A stretch of DNA of 58,443 bases, the filler included, from Sluysia triapertura (Eukaryota), in NCBI GenBank assembly GCA_046118255.1. It is 5 parts of 5 records of this genome, joined end to end, with 100 filler letters (N's around TTAATTAATTAA, not from the genome) between each part and the next. Parts side by side here need not be neighbours in the genome. Positions count along the whole stretch, not along the records: positions 1 to 12,731 come from JBJNIA010085582.1; 4 more parts are not named here. One strand, given 5' to 3'. The translations under genes and the position numbers were made by a program. The notes beneath the pieces are model-generated. The model ran no database searches, was not told where the DNA came from, and was given only the letters and a program-made list of their open reading frames with translations. Shown piece after piece: positions 1-12,831 of the stretch (its first letter is position 1; every line of letters begins with the position of its first letter).

Positions 1-298
1 AATTTTATTTTATCTAACTTGAAATATGCACTAATTAATTAATTAATTAATCAATTCTTTTTAAATTTATTTATTTTCGAATTAAAATTTACATAATCAT
101 TGATCTTGTCCTTTTTACCTTTTTACATACAATGATCTTTTAATATCTACATTACTTCCCCATTAGGGAAGATTCGTCTCGAATCTCACAAAAATATCAA
201 AATAAAACGATAAAACGATAAATAATGATAAAAAATGGTAATAATAATAAGAATAATATAATAATACGAGATTGTTAAAAAAATAATGAATATAAAAA

Positions 299-1858
299 TC
301 AGTAATCGTCCAAATCAACGTTATCATTATTGTTCCAGTAGTATGGTCGCTTTCTCTGCTGTTGAGTAACTGAAGAAGTGGCAGATGAAGTTCGCTGTAC
401 TGACTTTGTAGTAGTGGTTGGTGGTGATGATGGCGACAAAGTTGATGTAGTAAATCTTGATAATAATGATGGTGATGATTTGGATGAGAATTGTTTTGTA
501 GAAGAAGGTGCAGATGGTGGTGGTGTTAATGACTTAATCGTTGGGAGTGCTGCGAGAATATCAAAAAGTGTAGTAGTAGAGGGAAGAGAAAAAAGAGAGG
601 GAGGAGGAGCCGAGCAATTCGGAATAAAAGACACATCCTTCTTGCGAATTAGATTAAGTAAAGGAACTAACTTTCGCGGCGGAATAGGATATAATAATCT
701 AAAAGTTTGACGCCCCCTTTGGATAATATCGTCCGTAGAATAAGACAAAAGGTTGTGATTAGTCAGGTTAATCACTCCATTAAGCCAACCAAAAGCCAGA
801 TCGACAGTTTCAATGATAAGACATGGGTTTAACGACACCATGATCTTATCATGCAAATGACCCAAAAGAAAGGGTGCACGACATCGATGTCCTTAGCTTC
901 AGAGATATCGAAATCTTTCATCTCTTGAATGTCCCTAAGAAAGTTTCTTATTCGAAGACGGGGTTTTATATTAATGTTTATGTGAAACTGTCTTGAATAA
1001 GGCGTACAGGAAAGCTGCGTTATGTGAGGACGGTTCATAAAGTCGAATGTGTACGAGTAAGAAATGAAAACAAGACGGTCCTCATCATAAGCCGACATAA
1101 GGGGACATGAGTGAACGAAGTCCCATTTCTCCAGCGTTCCAAATTAATGGTGTTCTCCTTATAAAGGTTAGGCAAGAAAGATCTAAATGTAGATAAAGGT
1201 AAAGGAAAAAGCAATGCTACAGATGTCGGATATTCGGTGGCCTCTATCAGAACAGTACATTTCTTATGTAATTTGGTCAGATATAAAGATGAGAAACTAT
1301 GAACGCGTGTATAAAAAGGTGCGCCAGTATCAACCAAAGTCACCTTAACAATTCCTCTAGCAACAACCAAATAGAGGGATTCGATAGTCTTAGGGACCTG
1401 ACTGAGACCATCCAAAGTGATGAAAGAAGATTCTGGCTTCAAGGAAAATATGTGTGTGGCCAGATTTACATTCAGCTCGGATTTCAAAGAATTAGGTGTT
1501 GAAACAGAATCGCCAAAGAAAGCAGGAGTGATACTTTCGTGGCAGTATTTGTTGATGTACACATAGAAATTCTTTTGCTGATTCACTAGTTTAGCTTGCA
1601 TTTACTAAATGAAACAAGAAGAAAATAAAACAGTACAGAAAAATAAAATAAGTAAGCTATTTTAATGATGATTATGAAATTTGAATTAATATATAATAGA
1701 AATATATAATTTTAGTTATATATAATATATAATATATAACCCTTCCTCTTTAGAAAAGGGTTAAAAGGCTTGATTGGTTTAGGAAGATTCTCATCTTGAT
1801 TTTTGTAAAAATGCTTTAACTGTCGTCTCTTTCTGTTTCTTTTCTGAGACTTAGTCAA
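299..1858 (-). pseudogene. Unknown gene family copy 1: basic upstream exon, intron, frameshifted main exon (beta-rich, possibly cupin-like N-terminal half; Ser/Thr/Pro tail)
   Basis: ORFs 1035-1601, 829-1098 and 299-865 overlap in successive frames and align collinearly with 20961-22053 (+), e.g. ATHIFS..GLSQ..VVA.GI.KV.L..TRVH.FS.L, IKPRLRI.NF, TFRLLYP. A pyrimidine tract plus AG precedes 1601. The upstream exon ~1741-1858 reads LTKSQKRNRKRRQLKHFYKN..KPI. Confidence 0.75.
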
Positions 1859-4800
1859 ATTTTTTGGAAAATTTGGGGGAGTGTAAATTGTTAATTAATT
1901 AGCCATAAAATAAAGTGTAAATTGTTTATTATCTACAGTTTATTTATCGGCGATTTCTACTTAAGGATTATCATTGAAATCAGTTCTATAATCTGATTTC
2001 TTTACATTATTTAATATATCATCCTTTTCTTTATTAATTTTGTCAGTCATATTTTCAATAATATTCTCGATAGTATCCGTGTCATGTTCTATCAATTGTT
2101 TTAATAAAGAACGTGGAGTGTTATCTAGTTCCACATTATCAATATCATCTTGGGTTTCATCAGTAGATTCATCTGTAACCGCGTTAACTACCTGAGCTTT
2201 TAGTATCTCCTTATGTTTTCCCAAGGGATAGCTATAGTTGTTTAAAAAATCATCTGGTGCTAAACACAGACTGTTGAGGCGTCATTAGATTTAATCATAT
2301 CAGTAATTTCTTCAACTAAGGTAGTCACTGGTAATTCCACTGGTAATTTACTAATCCATCAATTAATATTTTTATTTTCATCAAAGCACTTGGTTCTGTT
2401 ATTCTTTCCATTTTGGCAATTTTTCTTAATAAATTTCTTGCTTTTGTTTTCCACAAATGGATTGAGGCGGTGTCCCTAAAGTCTTTTATTATTCTCATTT
2501 TATTTCTAGTCCAGCTAACTTATTATTTTCCTTGTATTTCTAATTTTACTGCAAAAGTCTAACTGCTTATATAGTAGTTGGCAATCGTTTTGGAGATTGG
2601 AAATAGGACAAGACCGAAATAATTACTTATTCAATCCAACCAATTTTAATGATTAAATTTTAACAATAATTTCCGTCTAAGTCCAATTTCATTATCTTTT
2701 ATAATGGGATTTCTCCTTTCAACATAATTAAACCAAAATTTAACATTGTTATTACATGAATATTCTGTTAATAACAAAATTTATTAACTTATATTCAGGA
2801 TAAAATTAATGAAACAATAAATTTATTTTTCATAGAAATCTTTTGTATAATACGTTGTGCGACAACTGTATATCGCATGTCGAGTTCAATAAGATATATT
2901 TGAATTGGTATCTTCATGAATATCAATTTAATATATACTTAAATAAATAAATTTAATAAATAACTTAATTTTAACTTAAATTTAATTTAAAATAAATAAA
3001 TTTAATTTTAAATTATAAAAACTAATTAAGATAACTAATTTTTACATAATTAAGAATACTAATAAAACTCCTCATTTTACACTAATTCTAATGTTATTTT
3101 ATCATGGACAATCATTCCTCCTTAACTTATCAAATTAGACAAATTTTAATTAAATTAATTAATAAATGTACTTTTAATAAAACCCAATAAAAGGTTATTT
3201 CTTCGTGTCTTTCATTTTTTCATTTTGATTCCAATATTTTATACATTTATTTTGTTATCAAAATTCATCATAATACTTTATATCGATTCCTCAATGATGT
3301 TTATTTTATTTTTATACTATGATTATAACCCTTATGTTCCTCCTTATCTTTAACGAAACCGAACATATTATTTCATATATTATATGCATGTTTATTTCTT
3401 TTATTTTTCTTGTCATCAAATTGTTAATAAAATTTCTGAATATATATGAAGTATTTTCATAGGAGTTTAATCAAGACTAATCCGAGTATGTGTTAACAAA
3501 TAAGTTTCAAGTAAAGAATTTAAGTTAAGTATATATACTTTCTTGAGAAGAAACTCATAATTATAGTATTACGAAATAAATAAAGTGCTCTCAGATCAAT
3601 ATTAGCATTTTTGATGTTATAATTTTATGTTTTAAGAAAAATTGACCAATTAAAATTAATTATAATTTTATTTTGGTTGATGTCGCGTAAGTTGCAAAAT
3701 CGTTTAATTCATTAAGGTTGAAAAGACGAAAGAGTGAATTATTATTGAAATATGGATTACTTAAATTATAAACATTGTTATTTATAAACAGATCAAAAAT
3801 TAAAATAAGGAATTCATAATTACTATAAAACTCATTTATTAAATCAATAAACATTGGAAGGATAAAAGTTGATAGAATGTTAGGAAAAAATCTATTAGTA
3901 TAAAAATTGTAATTAAAACTCCTCACTTTAATCTTGCCACTGACAAATTCGATTAAGAGGTAAAGACTTGGAGCCACATAGAAAACCATAATTGACCAAT
4001 TAAAAATTGAAAGAAGAAACACAATTTGGCAAGTGTGTTATACGAGTATTTCTACAATAAAAAGATTTAAAATGTTTATATACCATTCTTCTCAGACATT
4101 GAAATCGCATTATACATACATATAGTCCTAGCCACTCTGATCGGTTTGGTAATGACTTTAATTTTAGCCATGAGATTCTTTTTATTTACAACATAAAAAC
4201 TAATTAAAAACTTCATTCCTTGGTAAGCATCAATTTTACTTTTAATGAGCCTCTTATCGACAGAATGAAACTTAATCATTAACATAAAAATATCATTTGG
4301 CGTAGCTTTAATTGTAGTAACCGTTTTATCAACATTGTAAGCTTTGTTCATAAAAATGACTTTATCGAAAATATTAATTTTACTTATTATCAGTATGACA
4401 AGCTGTGTTCATCAACATGAATTTATTAATAATGTTGAAATTAGTCGTGAACATGATGATTTCTTTGATTATAACTTTGTTGGTGATGATTGCTCGACTT
4501 TGCATTTAATTATTACAAATAAATTTACGAAAAAAATGAAATTTATTGGTAAATTTAAAAATTAGAATTAAATCTGATATTTGTGACATTTATTGTAATT
4601 GTCAATTTTATTGCACTTTTGTTGTAACACCTGATGTGAAAATTTTCAACAACTTTCTCGTTTCTAATTTATTATACTTCTGATAAAATTTTGTCAACTA
4701 GTATTTAGTAGTTAATTTATAATTCTCTAAATTACCATATTTTACGATGCAGTAATTTAGGAATTTATTATTTTTACCAAATGACAGTACTTTGATTATC

Positions 4801-5215
4801 GATATCACTTTATGCTTAATAATACACAGAAGACAATAACGAATCATTGAATTTTGTGTTAATGTGGGATAATGAATTGATGTAGGTAAGCCAGTAGATA
4901 TAGCGGTTACGAGTAATTTATCAGTAGATAAGGAATTAAAACAATAATCTGAGATTGCATTATTATTAGTAGTATTATTAACACTGATATTATTGTGATT
5001 ACTGTTTCCTTTACAAATTGACATTTTTGAGTTATAATTCTGAGGTTGGTGTTGTATATGAGATTTTGTTAAATAATTTGGATTGTCATTTTCAAATGAA
5101 CATATTGACTATTTGTTAAAGAGTTATGATTTTTCTTTAATTTAGCATTGTTTGCATTATTGTTCTTGGACGCCAAAGATAACAATTCTCGTTTGATTAT
5201 TATCGTTCTTTACAT

Positions 5216-5500
5216 TTATACTATTACTGTTGCATTGTGACAAGCTAAATCCACTAATTGATAATCAATTCTCATATTTGTGTAAAACTGACCTAAATAT
5301 TTAATAGCCATACAAACTAAGCTTAAATAAGAAAATGGCGGTCTTGTATTAGTCATGTAAAACAAACGACTATTTTCATCTAATTGTTCTAAACTGCACG
5401 TAATTTCATAAAATCCACTGTCTGCGATATCTATTATTGGTGACAATGAAATTGTTGAAGGTAGCTTGCTTAAATTTACGTTCGGATACCAGTTCTTCAC
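5216..5500 (-). pseudogene. Truncated forkhead-domain fragment
   Basis: TNTRPPFSYLSLVCMAIK matches the forkhead helix-1 signature (K/R)PP(Y/F)SY..LI.MAI. The rest of the domain (WQNSIRHNLS) is not visible. Confidence 0.6.
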
Positions 5501-6422
5501 GTTTTCTTAGAATTTCTGGAACTGTTTTGTCGAATATTTCACTCTATTTGTCTTCTTTTTTGTCGTTGCTTAAGGCTCATCTGAGAATTTTTATGTTGTG
5601 CAAATGATTCTGCTGTATGTTATCCGTTTCTGCATTACAAAGACGAAAAAATTGTGGTTCATAAGAATTATGATAGAAAAGAAAAATAATGTGATAAAAA
5701 GTAATAAAAGTGTGGTGACAAGTACCGTTACACAAAGTTTTCAACACACCAAGAAAATATATTTATACAACATCTTAATTTACTCATTATATTCAAAAAA
5801 TATAAAACTAGATAAAATTTCCAATAAACACCTTCAATTTCACTAAATTTCTCTTATAACTCTTTCTCTTATTCATCTTCACTCCTCCTTAACCTCCTAT
5901 CTAACTGTTTCTTAGACTCTTCTTTTCTATTATCTCCTTTCAATTCTTTACTTACAAACGAAGAAAGAAACTGTATTAATGTAAGAATAAAAGAAGTAGA
6001 CGTAGGATGCAAATTTTCAATTAACAAACAAAAAGCCGTTTAAACCAGAAATTATTCAACATGATTCTTTAGCTGTAGAATATAGAAAGAAATTTTGAGA
6101 GACCAAATTAATTATCTTTGGAATAAATTTATCGCATAAGATGAGATTTCGTAAAAAACAATGTTTATTCATGACATTAAGAATTAGAAGAGCAATAGTT
6201 AGAAATAATTTAGTAGAAAGATTATCTTAAGTCATATATCTATTGAGAAGATTTTTCAAGAGGATAGATAATATTTAAAGTAAATCAATGTCTTTATTTG
6301 TATATTTTGTTGACTAGATTAGATTACTGCAACGTATTAAGTTGCAAATTTTTTGTTTATGTCTATTTTTATATAATAGTGAAAATGAACAACAAAAAAT
6401 TTTATAACATTTTTTCCCAGCT

Positions 6423-7335
6423 ATGGACATTACTTGCTACTATTTCTAATTGTATTTTTTTGCTCCTGATCTATTAGAATGCATAAATAAATTTATCAAG
6501 TATCAAGGCAATTTCAATGAATCAAAATTCATCCATAAAGTAATCAAACTGATCATAAATAAAGCTCATGTAAATAATTCAAAGCTAATTCATTCAATTA
6601 TTAAATCTATCATAAGTAATATCTATGTAAATAAAATACAGCATCGTCATAAACTCATCAAATCTTTCAAAGATTGATCCTATTTAAACAGGATGGAACT
6701 CTTTTACGAAGTTAGCAAGTCTATCATAAGTAGAACTGATCGAAACTCATTCATGAAATTATCAAGTGTATTATAAATGAAGTTCATATGAATAGAGTGA
6801 AGTGTTTAAATGAAAATATACGAGATTCAATGGATAAATTGGTCATTCATTTTAACAACTATAACGTTGATGTTTCTAAACTTTATCAAATCTATGAAGA
6901 ATTTCAGTTTTTAAACAATCCATTGGTTTACGAAAAGGAATCTAAAATAGTTAATATAATAAAAGAATTCCAACACTGTAGAAAATTTATACCATTCAAC
7001 AAAGTTATGTTTTCCATCTTCTATTTATCGATCCTTATGTTTACAAAAGTGAAGTCTGGTGCCAACTTGTGCTGCTCATATAACGAAGTAATTTCTTGTG
7101 ATTCTATGTTAACATTTATTTTTTGTCTTTGACTTTTAACGGTTTCTCAATATGTTTGGTGTTAAGTTTCATTAAAAATAAATCGGACTTTATTCATTAT
7201 CTTTGTATAATAATTAACGAACGTTTTGTTACGAAGTATTTTACAATTTATCTAATTGATTTTAATGCTAAGAAATTTTATTATTCAATAAATAATCATA
7301 TAATGAATATTTCTAAGTCCATGTTTTACTTATAA
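6423..7335 (+). pseudogene. Decayed ORF with ~19-aa tandem helical repeats
   Basis: NESKFIHKVIKLIINKAHV / NNSKLIHSIIKSIISNIYV / NKIQHRHKLIKSFKD*SYL / NRMELFYEVSKSIISR / SKLIHEIIKCIINEVHM, interrupted by stops and frameshifts. Confidence 0.5.
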
Positions 7336-7663
7336 AAAGTTGATAATGTTTTTATAGAAATTTTATTATTGTAAGAAAAGTATTACTAACTATAAGTTTT
7401 TAATGATTTTTTTTGTTTTTGGTGTAATGACTGTATGAGATTGTGTAATAGTATGAAATAACGTGAATTAAGTACGAATTAAGTCTTAATAACAATACTT
7501 TAAAAAAGTGAATTGGACCACCGCAGCATTACCATTTAAACATTATGTTGAATCGTATAAAAATCGTATAACGTCTTCCTTGTGGACGTAAACCGTTGAT
7601 TACAGCTGAACCCATACAGTTTACTCTTTTGTATGATAGGTTCAAAAAAACACTTGAAAAATT

Positions 7664-7680
7664 TGGCGCCGAATTGGGAC
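7664..7680 (+). mobile_element. Putative LTR-retrotransposon primer-binding site (tRNA-Lys-like)
   Basis: TGGCGCCGAATTGGGAC resembles the Lys PBS TGGCGCCCGAACAGGGAC and is near-identical to 42228-42244. Confidence 0.5.
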
Positions 7681-8012
7681 CACGCTGAGCTAAACATACA
7701 AGTTATAAGTTTAATAGAATATAAATTTTATAAGTTTTACAAGTTAAGTTAATGTTGCATAAGTAATACTATATGAATAAGACTTGAATAAAGTTGTTGA
7801 ATATTTGAAGAAGCTTTTGCGACAAGTGTAAGATATAAGTTATGAATTTTATTGGAATATATGAGTGTGGGGAATTCAAAAATTTTTATTATATAGTTTT
7901 CTTTAAATATTAAAAAATTATCAAATTTTAGTTTTAGTTTATCACTTAACAAAAAACACATAAATGGGGCTTAAGGTCCTTTAAAATAATAACACATTTC
8001 GTAAACATTGAA

Positions 8013-8587
8013 TTAAATAAATAAAAATGATAACAAGTTAAATGTTACTATAAAAGCTAGCAGAATAAGAAGAATGAGAATATAACCAATTATAATAAAA
8101 ATTAACCAAAGATTCACGATTAGAATAAATAGTCTGTTTGTAAGTATTCTAAGACTTAAGTATTCTAAAATATTGCCTTTAGCACTAGGATATGAATGGC
8201 AATATTTTTCATCATAAAATTTCTCCTCAACACAGAATGAAAATTCACCACAGCATTCTTCACAAGTAAAACAAAAATCGTAGAATTTTTCACTACAATT
8301 TAGAGTAAATTCACTAAAAATCATATAAACGTCTGTAGGTATATTGTAATCAACTGGTTATTCTTCATGCACGATAAATGTCGCGCTTTCAAAAGAAAAA
8401 ACATACGTGCCGTAAAGTATATGATAACTTTTGAATTCGTCAAATTTTGCAAAGTTATGAATTTTAAGTAACATGTAAAATAGTGCAGCGATATTCTGCA
8501 CATATGTGGTACTAAATATGTACAACTTTCATTTCGTTCTAAAGTACAACTCATATTAGTAAAACATGATTCTAGCATTTTAAACAA
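8013..8587 (-). other. Cys-rich coding relic or exons with a predicted C-terminal hydrophobic segment
   Basis: ORFs contain CSEKFYDFCFTCEECCGEFSFC..C and CFTNMSC..C..C..C, followed by a long hydrophobic run. Family not recognised. Confidence 0.3.
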
Positions 8588-9831
8588 ATATGTAACAGAT
8601 AATAACCATTCCGTTTGGGTATGTAGTTGAATTCATATTGAAAACTGACGTATTAGTCACAATTATATAAAATAAGGCATACAAACTGCTTAATTTTAAT
8701 TTCATATTCACATCACATAAAATTATACTTTTAACTAACTTTTACAAAAATTGTCATAAAAAATCAATAACTATTAATTAATATTAATTTTTTAATACTT
8801 CATAATTTTAATAATTTCACAGTTGGAAACAACAATGGAAGCAGTAATATTAGCGGCGGTAACTAACACTAGTGATGGTAGTAGTTGTAATAATATTATT
8901 ATTAATAAATTGTAATAGTAGTAGTAGTAGTAGTTATCATTCTACTAGAATAAAATGTTTTAGATTTCTTTTTACTTTCACTAACATTTGGGGAATATAG
9001 TTAATTTCGAACATTTATATATTTAAATATTTAATTTAAATATTTGATTTAACAAAATTAATTTCTAGTAAATTGGTTTGTGGTGGCCAACCCATTACTT
9101 TTGAGTCTTATTTTATCACTACACAACAAAATCACCTTTCACAATATTTCGTAATTTTTTTACTTTCAAACACTTTAGACAAAATTCCATAGCATCAAGA
9201 TCATATTCAACATAGGAAATCATCAAACATTACTTCAAAAAAATTAATCGAAACATTTAAAATTAATTCAACACATTTCATATAAAACTACATTCCATAA
9301 CATTTCAACTAGTTTTCCATCTAAACCTTTTTCATATTTTATTTCTTTCAAATTCACCAAAACTAGTCTCATTTCAAAACCATCAATCTACATTTAAAAA
9401 TTAATCTAAAACATTTTGCACTTTAACTCATAATATTTCAATCACAATTACATTCTAAAGTAAAGAACAAACATTTTCAAATTTATTTAAAATATTAAAT
9501 AAACACTTCGAAACCAATTTCAGACATTGTAAACAAAATAAGATCTCTTAAACATTTTAATTAGTAATTATTTCCTCTAAAAATTTTCTTATCACTTTTT
9601 CTATAATCCACACTTTGTTAATTACTTGATGAATTCTTTTCCAAAAGTAACGAGATTTAAAACTAGTGTTGCAAATTTTACCTAGAAAAATATAAGACAA
9701 CATAGATAAAATAGAATATTATTTACGCAATTTTATTCATTTATGTTAAGAAAATAAGGAATTAAAAAGAAAGATTACGTTATCTAGAAATCACAAAGAA
9801 TTTATGTTTTATCTTAAATTTATTTAGTTGG

Positions 9832-9875
<44 letters not shown>
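9832..9875. repeat. (ATT)n microsatellite
   Basis: Direct reading. Confidence 0.95.
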
Positions 9876-10278
9876 CATTTTTACTAATGTAGTATTCCAT
9901 ATAATTATTTTTATTAATTAGTAACTACTGTGGTGGTCCAGCCTACACCTGCCTATATATCACATCAATCATAACATTCATCTACGCAAACCTCATGGCA
10001 AAAATTACATTATAACAAGTCTCACCTGTATCATTTACATTACAACACTCATCCTTATAAAATCTCACATGCCTAATAAAATCCTTTTTACTAACACCGT
10101 TTCATCAAAATAAAACACAACAATTGTCACTTTGCCATCATTATTATACAATATCTTTTTATCTGTATATTATAACCTTTTTATTTTATACTTCTATATA
10201 TTTTATAATTTTCTAATAATTTCCTTTTCGAAAAAAGGTTATGTAGTAATAAGCAGATGAAAAGTACAAAGAGAATAA

Positions 10279-10510
10279 TTGGATGAAACTGAAGGATTAA
10301 AAAGACAAATTAAAGGAATTCTTAATAAAATTGTACCTCAAAATTTTGATTACTATCTTGATAATTTCATTAAATTAAAGATTGGATTTCAGGAAGGAAT
10401 GAGATATTTTGTAAATGAATATATTTTTAAAAAGCAGTAAAAGAAGAAGTTCATTGTGTCATTTTTGCAAAAATTTGTTTCTATTTATTAAGTAAGAAAG
10501 CAGATGTGTC
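10279..10510 (+). pseudogene. MIF4G (eIF4G-like) domain fragment with a frameshift
   Basis: LKRQIKGILNKIVPQNFD...YFVNEYIFK(fs)KAVKEEVHCVIFAKIC matches the MIF4G N-terminal pattern R.V.GILNKL.P..F...IFEKA..E.....YA.LC. Not in the ORF track. Confidence 0.7.
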
Positions 10511-10708
10511 AGAAAGCAAAATTGTTTTAATATTAGAAATTTTTATCGTATATTTTGAAAATTGTATATTTTTGAAAGTTGCATATTTTTGAAAGTCGTA
10601 TAATTTAAATGTCGATGCTGAAGTAATTTTTAATAGTTCAGATGAGTTAGGAAATGGTTTTAAATGGATTATTAGCAATAGGTCTATTGTCAATCAGAAA
10701 AACAATAA

Positions 10709-10711
<3 letters not shown>

Positions 10712-10739
<28 letters not shown>
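10712..10739. repeat. (AT)n microsatellite
   Basis: Direct reading. Confidence 0.95.
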
Positions 10740-12731
10740 GGAATTACTGAGAAACCTCTAACAACCGGCGTAGTCTACCGAAAAGGCGGGAAATTATACA
10801 TGTGAAATGACTTTTAGTGCAGTTTCCAGAAGGTTAATGTCAATAATCCAAAGAAGAATTATCATATCTGTAATATATTTTTTATGTTTAATGTCTCGAT
10901 CTTTCTTATATTTGTGAAATATTCTCAAATTAAAGATTTTTTTCTTATAAACCTTTTTATGTTGAATATTATCATCTAAATGAGTCTGTGAATTCCACTT
11001 ATGTCATAAAGAGAAACACTACCTATAAGTTCGTTATTGTTCACATTGATAAAGTAATTTACCAATATAAATCAGGAGATTTAATTCTATATGATAAGGA
11101 AGATGTAAGTGTTGTTTTAGAAGGGTTGGATAATTCGACATTGATATTTACCTATCGAGTATAAAATTTACAATGGAATCGAAACGTAATTTTGCATTGT
11201 CCTATCTCGAGTTTGAAATTGAATATCAACAATAATTTTGAAACTATTTCTAATATAAAATAATATTTCTGCTCTAAAGAGGGTTTCAGATTACGTAGTT
11301 TGTGGAGTTTATCGATTGCATAAAATGGTTTACTTAAGTCTCGTAACTAATTTTCTAACCAACACCCAAGTCAAACAGGAACATTACTTGCTCAGTATCG
11401 AGGGTGAGTTTGTAGACTTACGAGTCCATGGTGTTATTTTTTCTTCAACTTTTAATTTGAATTTTAATCTCATTTTGAAATTAACATGCGATTTAAATTC
11501 TGGTATGTTTTTTTGCTTGTTGATGCTTGTTGTTCGTTGTTACAATAATCTTACTTGGATGATGTATCCCCACAGCCCGGTCATCGAACTAAACTTCTTG
11601 AATAGTTCTGTTATTCTCATGTTTTGCCGTGTAGACGTAAATTTTTATCACGAATTTAACAATTCAGATGAATTCAAAGTTAAAAGGTTGGACATAATTA
11701 ATAGTTGCAACACAAACGTACGTATTCGTCGAGGCCGGTATAAAGTTTTAAATAATTTTAAAATCAATTACAATTACATTATTACATATGATTTTTTATC
11801 CTGTCTAAACCTGATAACATAACTCAAAACTTTGGGAAGAGTGTATGATGTGGACTGACATTAGTGTGTCAACAATTTTTGTCAATTTCATTTTATTTGT
11901 ATAAAATAAAAATTTTTCACGTCACTTTTATCCAAAAGCTTTTCTTTATACAAAAATTTTCAAGTGCCTTAAGTACCGATATTGTCATAACTGTAGATTT
12001 TACGTAAATAAAACTCCTAGTAATAATGTGAGTAACAAAAGTGATAGCAATAATTTTAATTCCTTAAATAACAAAACTAAATCTACAATGACTATCACTA
12101 TCAATAATGACAGTTTTAATTCGTATTTACAATTTGCTGTCATTCTTGATAGTTTTTTGGCCTTGAATAAACATCATTCTTACTGCGCTATCATTGGTTG
12201 TCCAACCAGAGTAGTTGTTTTCACTCTGTCTATCTTTCTGGTTGAACAGCCTGTAGGTATGGCCGATGTTTATTACAAAAATTTATATCGTTATTAATAA
12301 AAATATTTATCTAGTTAAAGTAATTATAATGTAACTTTAGATTATTATTAAATTTAAATAAATGAAAATAAAAATAAAAATAAAAATAAAATTTCATCTT
12401 GTTATATTTATAAAAACAATGAATAATTGAAACACAGTCGAAACCAAGTTTAAAATAGTCAAGGATTTTGATTCTAAAAGATCTATACGTTCCGCACATA
12501 CCAGAATTTACATCAAATGCAGCCACATGGCAAACAAGGAATTCCAGCTGGATTTCATTAACATCAATTAAATCATTACTATTTGCGATATGACCACTCC
12601 AGGCACTCTCGAATAAATCAATGCTGGGATCTACTTGACCGACAAAATGCTTAGCGCATTCGTTATGCAATTTTATAAAAATGAAAATTAAATCAAAAAA
12701 CAAGTCAGGATAGTAAAAACATAAAAAATAT

Positions 12732-12831
12732 NNNNNNNNNNNNNNNNNNNNNNNNNNNNNNNNNNNNNNNNNNNNTTAATTAATTAANNNNNNNNNNNNN
12801 NNNNNNNNNNNNNNNNNNNNNNNNNNNNNNN
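12732..12831. other. Artificial contig linker (N44-TTAATTAATTAA-N44)
   Basis: The identical 100-bp spacer with stops in all six frames recurs four times. Confidence 0.97.

Noticed and set aside
378-710. Plus-strand ORF (also 17998-18342, 18349-18600, 19203-19880 and 36157-36549)
   Set aside because: Antisense shadows of better-supported minus-strand coding sequence or repeats.
12776-12787. TTAATTAATTAA palindrome as a biological motif
   Set aside because: Assembly linker. Adjacency across linkers is not evidence of linkage.
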